Below are positions 39,682 through 48,221 of a stretch of DNA of 64,000 bases, piece after piece. Both the position numbers and the translations under genes were made by a program. The notes below the pieces were generated by a model. It ran no database searches. It was not told the DNA's origin and was given only the letters and a program-made list of their open reading frames with translations. Position 1 is the stretch's first letter, and each line of letters begins with the position of its first letter. This DNA is from Sminthopsis crassicaudata (Eukaryota). Location: assembly GCF_048593235.1 (NCBI RefSeq), contig NC_133620.1, positions 293,585,765-293,649,764 on the forward strand. Direction: 5' to 3'.

Positions 39682-41200
39682 ATGGGACAGATGTTTAGAA
39701 AATATCCTGCTTTTCCTCTTCAAGGGAAATGTGTAGAGAGCATTGTCAGGGTTATGAAAAGCCAAGGTTTGATTATAATTTGGGAGCAGATCACTGAACT
39801 TTTAATAACTGTACAGTACACATCGCCTTGGTTCTTTGTGGGGAAAAAAAAAACACACAAAACTGGATCTAGAGGAATGGAAATTAGTAGGAGAGCAACT
39901 TTGTCAATCCTACAATAAAAATGGGCCTGACTCAATTTCCAAAGACACATTTAATACATATAATTTAATACAACTGGCTTTAGGAAATTATATAAGCAAT
40001 AGAATAAGGAAAACTAGGAAAGAGCAGGAGAAGGAGGATCAAATTAAACTAGGTGAAAAGGATGAAGAATCAAATAAGAATGTAGTTAAGTACAATTTGA
40101 AGTGTAGTGCTTCACAGCAGGAGAAATTAGGTCATTCCACATTCCCTGACCTACTTCCCTCAATTAACCATGGTTAACCATGGGTGGAGGGAGAAGGAGG
40201 AGGGGAAGAGGCAGTAACACAATCAGCACCACCTATGAAGCAGCCTATGACAAGATTACAAAAGGCAATGGTTAAGGCAAAAAATGAAGGACAGGATATA
40301 TCTGATTTAAAAATAAATGCATACCTTGTGATTGAAGAGCTTGATTCTTTAGGTCAAAAAAGGAGAAGATACCCTCCTTTTGATCTGGAAAAAAATTAAG
40401 GATTTGAAAAAAGGCTTGCACTCTTTATGGAGCTACATTATCTTATGTTAAGATGTTACTAGAGAATTTGGCTTATGAAATCTTAACCCCCAGTGATTGG
40501 AAATCCATAATAGCTAGGACATGTTTAGAACCTAGACAAAACCTGTTGTGGCTTTCAGAGTATAGTAAATAAGGTAGGATTCAAGCCCAATGAAATAGGC
40601 AAACTGGAGTTAACATACAAATCATTTTTGACCAACTAACAGGTGAAGATCAATATGCAGAGAATTCAGAACAGATTAATTATCCCACAATAGCATATGA
40701 GCAAATTGCTACTGCTGCAACTAAAGCTTGGGGTTCCCTTCCAGGCAAAGATGGGCGGGGGGAAGCCTTCATAAAAATAGAGTAAGGTCCCAATGAATTT
40801 TTTGCACATTTTGTGGGACATTTGCAAATAGCTGTCACAATTGTCACAAGAACCATTGGAGAAAATGCAGCTAAGAAAAATGCTAATGAGGTTTGCAGAA
40901 GAATTATATGGGGAATACACAAAGATGCTACTTTAGAGGAGATCATAAGATGCTGTGCCACAGTGGGCACAAATGCTTATTATACCCAGACTATGATGAA
41001 CATGGGAATTCAGGGTCCCTCTTGGCAAGGGACTTCTAGAGAGAGTCATTGATGTTTTCAGTGTGGAAAAAATAGGACATGTGAGAGCTCAGTGCACATA
41101 TAGAGATAGAGTAAAAAGACAGGGTAAGAAAAGACTTAAAACCCTATGTCCAAAGTGCCACAAGGGCTTCCACTAGGCCTCAGAATGTAGGAAATGAGAG
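39682..41200 (+). pseudogene. gag: Betaretroviral gag pseudogene (MA, CA, two CCHC knuckles)
   Basis: MGQ...SPWF...LDLEEWKLVGEQL...YNLIQLAL (MA); IKIE*GPNEFFAHFVGHLQ (major homology region); CFQCGKIGHVRAQC at 41053 and CPKCHKGFH*ASEC at 41147; multiple stops and frameshifts. Confidence 0.9.
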
Positions 41201-41394
41201 GCAGGGCCCAGCCCCAAGATATCATATAAAGACAGGTGGGGCATGATGGCACCTGAGTTTGCACCAGGACTCTGATGGGATCTATCAGCCGAAAAGCAGT
41301 CACATGGCAGAAAGGGATTATAATTGGGGGGAATACAGACCTTTTAAACCAGCAGGGTAGTGTCCAGTACAAACAGCTTCAATATAATTGCCAG

Positions 41395-41520
41395 ATGATG
41401 AGGAAAGATTTAGAAAGTGGTAAATAGAAGGGACTAGATAGCTTGACTGCTTGGGGAAGAGGGTTTGCTTGTATTTCTACAGATGGAGAAGAAATCAGAT
41501 GGGTGTCCATCAGAGACAGA
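41395..41520 (+). pseudogene. Betaretroviral integrase C-terminal remnant
   Basis: MMRKDLESGK*KGLDSLTAWGRGFACISTDGEEIRWV matches WKDP.TG.WKGP...WGRG.AC consensus. Confidence 0.8.
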
Positions 41521-42995
41521 CAGAAAAAGAGAAAAATCTGGAAACAAAAGAGGAGACCTAAGAACAAAATCTTGAGGAATCATTGGATTCCCTAACACAA
41601 GATGAGACTGTTGCAGGACTTGAAAACCATCAGAAATCATTGGATTCATTGAGATGAAAAATGGTTGATGAGGCTATTGCTGGACTTCAAAACTCACAGG
41701 AATATTGAATTCCTGGCACATGAAGTAAGGGACAATAGATTCCTTTTGTACTGTTTCTAGGACTTATGGACATGTATAATTCCTCATGTTGATTCATGTT
41801 ATTTGTTACATCACTACTAGCCTGTGTTACTATGGGCTTATGTAATTTTGTAATTATGTGTAATACCTCCCATATTGATGGATTTATGTATACCTGTTTT
41901 AAGAGTGAGCACCTTCAGAAACCCACTAATCTGATTTGATTTCCCATTTCCTTTGATGTTTTCATCTCCCTTTAAAAAAAGAAAATTACATCCACGGGAA
42001 AAAGCCTACTTTCCCAGACAAGCTCTTCCCAAGTTAAGTGGTGCCATTCAATTGGAGATCTTGGTCAAATCACCCTCCATTGATCTTTTGGGGATGCCCC
42101 AGTCTCTCTTCAGGAAATTCCAGTCTCTGGGGAAAAGCCTTCAAAATAATTTCATTCAATTGGAGATCTTGGTCTGATAATCAGCTCAAACTGCTCCCAG
42201 CCCCCAGGTCAAGACTTATACATAAAACAGGGGTCTGTTAACACACTCTTTGCAAAATTCCTCATTAGGATTTTACCCACTAAGAGAGCGCTTCTTAGTG
42301 AACAAGAAATGTAAGGGCCCTTTAAATGGGCGGACACAGTGCATCGGGATTGAGGCCCAGAAGTAATTTCTGTGGATATTAGGACTGCCCTTGGGCGGGA
42401 TCCTGGCCATATTGAGATAGCTTCTGACTCTCTCGCTGATTGGCTGTGTGTGTGACCTCACAGGCCCTATATAAGCCCACTGCAGGCAGCAACCGCCCTC
42501 TTTAACCTCATGCTGTTCACCCTGGCTCCTAGCCTGGGTGGCCAAGCCAAGATGGGTAGCCGAAAGAGGTAAGGATTTTGGTAGTGAACACGTGGGTCTT
42601 CTGACCAGGTGTTCACTCGGGAACCAACAAGTCAGGGCATCAGCTAGGGCATTATGTGAGTAGGTATAATAAAGGCTTTTAAGATTACACGTGGTTGTTC
42701 TTGAGTGCGCTACCGGTTATTAAGCTATAGATTCAAGAGATTGTGGCCAGAGACCTTAGAAGGCCTCAGAGGAGGCGAGCCGGGTAGAGCTCACACTGCA
42801 AAGGACAGTGGTCAAAGGTACTCTGGTGGGTCTAGGACAGACTAGTAATTATAACTGCCAGGAGAGCACGTTACAAATGGCGCTCAACGTGGACGCATCA
42901 GAAATTATCAGGTTTTGAAAATATTTAATATTCAGAATTAAGATTCTGAAAGATCCGGTAGAAACGCCACTTAAGAGGGAAGACAGAGAAGCAAT

Positions 42996-44018
42996 ATGGA
43001 CCCAGGTAAATCTGGGATCAGACTCAAGGACACAGCTGAACATAATGCTTATTATATAAAGAGGTTAAAGAGCCAGATGGAAGATCTTTTAACAAAGATC
43101 ACCACTGAAGAACAGCAGGAAGCTTGTAATCAAGCTCCCAGAAGGCTATCCCCACACCCAGTAAATATAGCTCGGAGAGGGAGCAACCTAGAGCTAATGC
43201 GATTGTATGACAGTAGAGAGTATAAAATGCCACAGCAAGAGTTGCTGGAATTGCAGGTTAAACTACAGATGGAGATAGAGAAAGAAGAAAAAGCTAGGTT
43301 ACTACAGATAGAACAGGAAGAGTTCAAACCAGTGGCTGAAACTAAGGAAGGAAATAAACGAACCACATGGACTAAAGTTGTAGAAATTCTTCTTAGCGTT
43401 TTGTTGGTTTACCTTGTGCATTGTTGTTTTAAGGAATTTATTGATTACTCTTCCATTGAGAAGTTTAGTTCTTTTTATGTGCAAAGCTCAGGTTTGATTT
43501 TAAATCAGCCTTTGGGGAATTTTCCAATTCTTCTTCCCTCTGCCTCACCTTCTTGGGCCAAGGGAGAAGGGGGAGGAGGAAAAGGAAGGGCGATAATACC
43601 ATCAGCACTGCCCATTAATCCATTCAAAACTCCTGTGTCTTCATTTCAAAGGACAGGAGTAGGCTTTATGCCCCAAGGCAAAAAGGAATTGTGGGGTATT
43701 GAGTATAATCAGAAAAGTTTTAAAAATACAGTTCAGTTAATTTCTAAGAAACCTTACAGGGATAAGACCTTGCAGTTAGAGAGAGTGGAGTTTTATACTT
43801 GTAAAACTGCTAGGATCGTCTTTGGAGAGTTGAAACTCCTCTTTTCTTACCTCGTGGATTTTCCACTTCCACAGGTGAGCTTGATTTCCCAACCCCCTAC
43901 GGGTACTTATAAAACAGTGTTTATGTCTAGAATGGGTTGGAAAATTGTTGTTTTAATCACTAGAATAAATAGACAGTGTGTGATCTTTGACCCAGGAGGA
44001 AAATATCAGATTTATTGA
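42996..44018 (+). CDS. Open 340-aa ORF of unknown function in the gag position of the young LTR element (coiled coil, hydrophobic segment, weakly Gag-like C-terminal half)
   Basis: ATG 100 nt after the PBS, uninterrupted for 340 codons in AT-rich DNA; residues 79-111 E/Q/K/L heptad-like; 128-145 VVEILLSVLLVYLVHCCF hydrophobic. Expression not shown. Confidence 0.6.
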   Translation: MDPGKSGIRLKDTAEHNAYYIKRLKSQMEDLLTKITTEEQQEACNQAPRRLSPHPVNIARRGSNLELMRLYDSREYKMPQQELLELQVKLQMEIEKEEKARLLQIEQEEFKPVAETKEGNKRTTWTKVVEILLSVLLVYLVHCCFKEFIDYSSIEKFSSFYVQSSGLILNQPLGNFPILLPSASPSWAKGEGGGGKGRAIIPSALPINPFKTPVSSFQRTGVGFMPQGKKELWGIEYNQKSFKNTVQLISKKPYRDKTLQLERVEFYTCKTARIVFGELKLLFSYLVDFPLPQVSLISQPPTGTYKTVFMSRMGWKIVVLITRINRQCVIFDPGGKYQIY

Positions 44019-44197
44019 TTCACACTCCTGGAGTACAATTCGGTATCAGAAACTCAAACTTTGATTTTTAGGCAAAAGAATTCAGGGATATAGCCGAGTG
44101 TTCTAGTAAAGTCATTACTGCACAGACTATCCCCAAGATCTTCTCTTCTAAACAAGAGAAGGGAATTTTGGGATATGTGATTGCTTACAATTTTTAA

Positions 44198-44341
44198 ATT
44201 TTGATTTTACATTTTAAAACATTTTTGATTTTACATCTTCAAAGTATTTTGATTTTACATTTTAAAGTTATTTTGGTTTTATATTTTTAATCTATTTCGG
44301 TTTTACACTTTTAAATTATTTTGGTTTTACATTTTTAAATT
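44198..44341. repeat. Six degenerate copies of a ~24-bp AT-rich unit (ATTTTG(A/G)TTTTACATTTTAAA)
   Basis: Visible tandem periodicity; remnants also at about 16092-16170 on the minus strand. Confidence 0.8.
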
Positions 44342-44454
44342 CTTTGCATTTTACCTTAGCAATGCACTTCGGGCATACACAGAAAGTGCAGCTAAGTGAC
44401 AGACTGACTTTTGTCTGACTTGTTAATCTTTTTGACAACAACTTTGTTTCCACT

Positions 44455-44575
44455 GTGATGTGGAAAGGCCTGGATGGCATTTGGAAAGGCCCAAGTTGGG
44501 CCCCAGGGACATTCCTTCCTAGGTGCAGATCCAGCAGCAGAGTTCATCCCCACCAGAGACATTTGTAACCTGGGG
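44455..44575 (+). pseudogene. Integrase C-terminal remnant inside the young LTR element
   Basis: VMWKGLDGIWKGP at 44455-44493, then frameshifted GPQGHSFLGADPAAEFIPTRDI; resembles beta-type IN tail. Confidence 0.65.
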
Positions 44576-44939
44576 ATCCAAGAGAAGGACCAGACAACAG
44601 TCCAGAGAGACCAGCCAGATGTCCTCAGCCCTTCAGACGCTGATGGCAGCGATGCCCCTCCTGACCGTGACACCAGAGACAGCAGACACGGTTCCAGTGT
44701 TGCAGCTGAGATGGACTGTTTTGGGTGATACGCAATATAAAGACTGTAAATGGACAATGGGCCTGCTTGCTTCTCCCGTGGCCACTTGCCATATGGTGGC
44801 CTGGGAAGAGGCTTTGCCCTATGCTTTCTATTGAAGGACTATGCTTTTAAATTAGTGGGTGAAAAACCAACACACCCACCTGCCATTGTTATTGAGACAA
44901 TGTTACTGGACATGACTTTGCTTATGTGCACCTGTGAAA

Positions 44940-45380
44940 CTAGAATTGTTCTAGAATTGTGAAAAGTGCAATAGAGAATTGTGATAAGCTAGAATTGTTC
45001 TAGGATTGTGAAAAGTGCAATAGAGAATTGTGATAAAGCTAGAATTGTTCTAGAATTGTGAAAAAGTGCAATTGAGAATTGTGATAAACTAGAATTGTTC
45101 TAGGATTGTGACAAGTGCAATTGAGAATTGTGATAAGCTAGAATTGTTCTAGAATTGTGACAAGTGCAATTGAGAATTGTGATAAGCTAGAATTGTTCTA
45201 GAATTGTGAAAAGTGCAATAGAGAATTGTGATAAGCTAGAATTGCTCTAGGATTGTGAAAAGTGCAATAGAGAATTGTGATAAGCTAGAATTGTTCTAGG
45301 AGTGTGAAAAGTGCAACAGAAAATTGTAAGAAACTAGAATTGGTCTAGAACTGTGATAAATGTAACTAGAATTGTGACAA
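44940..45380. repeat. Tandem array of a 49-bp unit, 8 full copies plus a degenerate ninth
   Basis: Unit CTAGAATTGTTCTAGAATTGTGAAAAGTGCAATAGAGAATTGTGATAAG starting at 44940, 44989, 45039, 45089, 45138, 45187, 45236, 45285. Confidence 0.97.
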
Positions 45381-45524
45381 CCTACCTCACTGATATTTGT
45401 TAACTAGAATTGTGATGTTTTACCTTGTTGACTTCCCACCTCAGTGTTGACATCCTACCTCATTGGCATCCAATCTCTTTGGCCTATTATCTCGAGTATG
45501 ACTTTGATGAATGGGTTGAACATT

Positions 45525-45696
45525 TGGGCCACTGTTGAGCCTGGTTCTCATTGTCATACTTCTGTTTACTGATCTGCTGCTTTGTACCTCCTTGGGCATA
45601 ACACTCTGTCATCTCATGGACCAAGTAAACTATAGCTGGTGCTAAAAGTTTAGCTTGGTGAGATGTGCGGTTCCCGCAAAACAAGAGAAAGGGAAT
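45525..45696 (+). pseudogene. Probable env membrane-anchor and cytoplasmic tail remnant
   Basis: Frameshifted GPLLSLVLIVILL / LLICCFVPP ... QNKRKG running into the PPT, as env ends do in beta-like ERVs. Confidence 0.5.
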
Positions 45697-47548
45697 TGTA
45701 AGGGCCCTTTAAATGGGCGGACACAGTGCATCGGGATTGAGGCCCAGAAGTAATTTCTGTGGATATTAGGACTGCCCTTGGGCGGGATCCTGGCCATATT
45801 GAGATAGCTTCGTAATGGGTGACTCTCTCGCTGATTGGCTGTGTGTGTGACCTCACAGGCCCTATATAAGCCCACTGCAGGCAGCAACCGCCCTCTTTAA
45901 CCTCATGCTGTTCACCCTGGCTCCTAGCCTGGGTGGCCAAGCCAAGATGGGTAGCCGAAAGAGGTAAGGATTTTGGTAGTGAACACGTGGGTCTTCTGAC
46001 CAGGTGTTCACTCGGGAACCAACAAGTCAGGGCATCAGCTAGGGCATTATGTGAGTAGGTATAATAAAGGCTTTTAAGATTACACGTGGTTGTTCTTGAG
46101 TGCGCTACCGGTTATTAAGCTATAGATTCAAGAGATTGTGGCCAGAGACCTTAGAAGGCCTCAGAGGAGGCGAGCCGGGTAGAGCTCACACTGCAAAGGA
46201 CAGTGGTCAAAGGTACTCTGGTGGGTCTAGGACAGACTAGTAATTATAACTGCCAGGAGAGCACGTTACAAAGAAAAATTCTTTTTTTGCCACAAATTTT
46301 GGGGTTTGCAAATTCTTTCACATTTGGACCTGCTTCTCTGAGCATAGGGGATCTCTCCCCCTATTCCCACACCTCAACATTAGAAATGAGGTTTGTGATT
46401 TGTTTCTCTGTAAAATAATTTCCTAATTACTCCTCTTTCTGGCTAGAATTTTATAGAATCTCTATATATAGATTTTATAAGGATCACAGTATTCCAACAT
46501 TTACTGATAGCTTCTATCAGAGAGGAGAGCTGACAAGATGTGGTAAGATCTAGTCAAGGCAAGCAATACATTATATCCCTCACTCCCCACCCCAATCTGA
46601 AAATTCGTAGTCATAAATAAATAAATATTTGGCCTATTTGTCTGTTACTAGATGTATATGTCTATATGGAATAAGGTCCTTTAATGCTTCAAAAGGATTT
46701 AAGAATTTGATACAGCTGTTTGTAGGACCCAGCTATTATTTTATTGATTCTTGAAATTAAATCTGAAACATCTTCAGTGTAGTTTGGAGAGGAAAATTTT
46801 AATATGAAGTTTTCTTAGATGGATGCAAATTATGGAATATTTTGTGTATATCAAGGGGAAATTCAACCTTATTTAAGTTTGTTTTCTAATATGGGAATAA
46901 CATTTTGTCCCATGTGTCCCATGGCACAAACATATTTTCTTATTTAAAAAACAAACAAAACTTATTTGTTATGCACAGGCCAAGCTATACACAATTGGCT
47001 TGCTGATGCAGCCACAAAAGAGGTTGTTGGCCTATCTATTACACTGGGCTTCTTACTCCTACACGTCCCCCCACCTCCTACCTTCAATCAGAGACATCTT
47101 CAAGTAAAAAGAGAAAGCATTTATTTGGTTACTGCAGGAAGAGGCCCAGGCACACCCAGGAGCCATCCCAACTCCTGCCATGTGCTCCTGGAACATGGCC
47201 AGCTTCAAGCTTGTCCAGGAATTACAAGCTAAAGATGCAAGCCTTTTCATTGGATATACTAAAAGGACATAAACCATCCTTGACTAATGTTATCTGCTTC
47301 CTGTGGGCATGAGTTCTTGAGGATTTGACCTTTAGAGATCCCTGCAGAATGTCTTCAATATTTCTGTTCTGTGAGATAGAATTTGTTAGGGGAAAAAAAA
47401 AAAATAAAGAAAAAGGCCTGACTTTCCTGTAAGTTCAAGCTCTGACCAAAGTGGGAACTTCAGGAAAAGTTTGTTTGAGAATAATGATCAGGAATTTAGC
47501 AATTGGTCATTTCAAGATTCCAAAGCAATTCAATTAAATTGGGACCTA

Positions 47549-48221
47549 TGTAGGCATAAAGATAGTCTCTCCCTTCCAATTTCCCTGATTGTAGTAGTAA
47601 CACATGGGACTAGAGAGAAAGAAAGAAATTATGTTTAATCACTTCAGTGAAATTAGTTATTTGAGATATGATAGTGAAGCAGATTGGGGTTCCTTTAAGA
47701 AACTGCATTTCTTGTTGATCTGTGATTCCCTTCAAAGTCCCAGCCCCTCCTGGCTGAGGCAGATCTTCCCCAGACAAGTTGTCTTTCCAGGATACCAGAC
47801 ATTCAATTAAAAATCCTGGTTAAAACACATCCCTTTGAGTTCCAATAGGAGATCCAGGCTTGTCCCTGCCCCCATTCTGACTTGCTTGGACTGGTTCTGA
47901 TCTGCTTGGGCTTCCCAATCCCCACTAAGATAGATATCCAATATAATAAGCTTTCATCAACTAAGTGAGCACTCAGCTGCCAGGACTTCCTGTCCACTGA
48001 GAACTGCATTCTCAGTGCAAAACTCCATTTTCCATAGATCTGCCAATATAGAAGTCAGTCTCTGGGTAAACTGATTTCTATCCAACAATAAACTTTGATT
48101 TGCAACTAATATTTGGGAATTAGTGAATTCCTTCACTCCTAAAGCCTGTGGCCAATTTAAAGGGGATTATTAATCACTTTCTTATAGCCACTAACCTCCA
48201 CCAGGAATCTATACCTTATCA
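47549..48221 (+). mobile_element. LTR (family D) followed by PBS-Glu and a non-coding ERV1-like internal region to about 51960
   Basis: tgtaggc...ttatca then tggttccctga at 48228-48238, matching the tRNA-Glu PBS start TGGTTCCCTGAC. Confidence 0.75.

Larger units (their letters stand above)
39020..41965 (+). mobile_element. Betaretrovirus-like (ERV2) deleted provirus: 5' LTR A, PBS-Lys, disrupted gag, integrase C-terminal tail; 3' LTR not seen
   Basis: LTR 39020-39559; PBS tagcgtctgaacgtgggac at 39563-39581 (tRNA-Lys type); gag from MGQ at 39682. Confidence 0.9.
42310..46270 (+). mobile_element. Very young non-autonomous ERV2-derived LTR element, 3961 bp, 6-bp TSD AAGAAA
   Basis: 5' LTR 42310-42875 and 3' LTR 45697-46270 look identical except an 8-bp indel (gtaatggg, 45812-45819); TG...CA ends; PBS tggcgctcaacgtggacg at 42878-42895 (tRNA-Lys type); PPT aaaacaagagaaagggaat; TSD at 42304-42309 and 46271-46276. 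Confidence 0.97.
41975..46379 (+). mobile_element. Older LTR-like element split by the young insertion (pieces about 41975-42309 and 46271-46379)
   Basis: TATA-like atacataaaac at about 42217; ends cctcaaca; internal direct repeat cattcaattggagatcttggtc twice. Confidence 0.5.

Noticed and set aside
42552-42996. Splicing of the LTR MGSRK mini-exon onto the 340-aa ORF to supply a myristoylated N-terminus
   Set aside because: An in-frame stop at 42972 precedes the ORF and the only frame-compatible AG after it (42990-42991) lacks a polypyrimidine tract.
44940-45380. CRISPR-like reading of the 49-bp array
   Set aside because: Units are head-to-tail with no unique spacers, and the context is a mammalian ERV.
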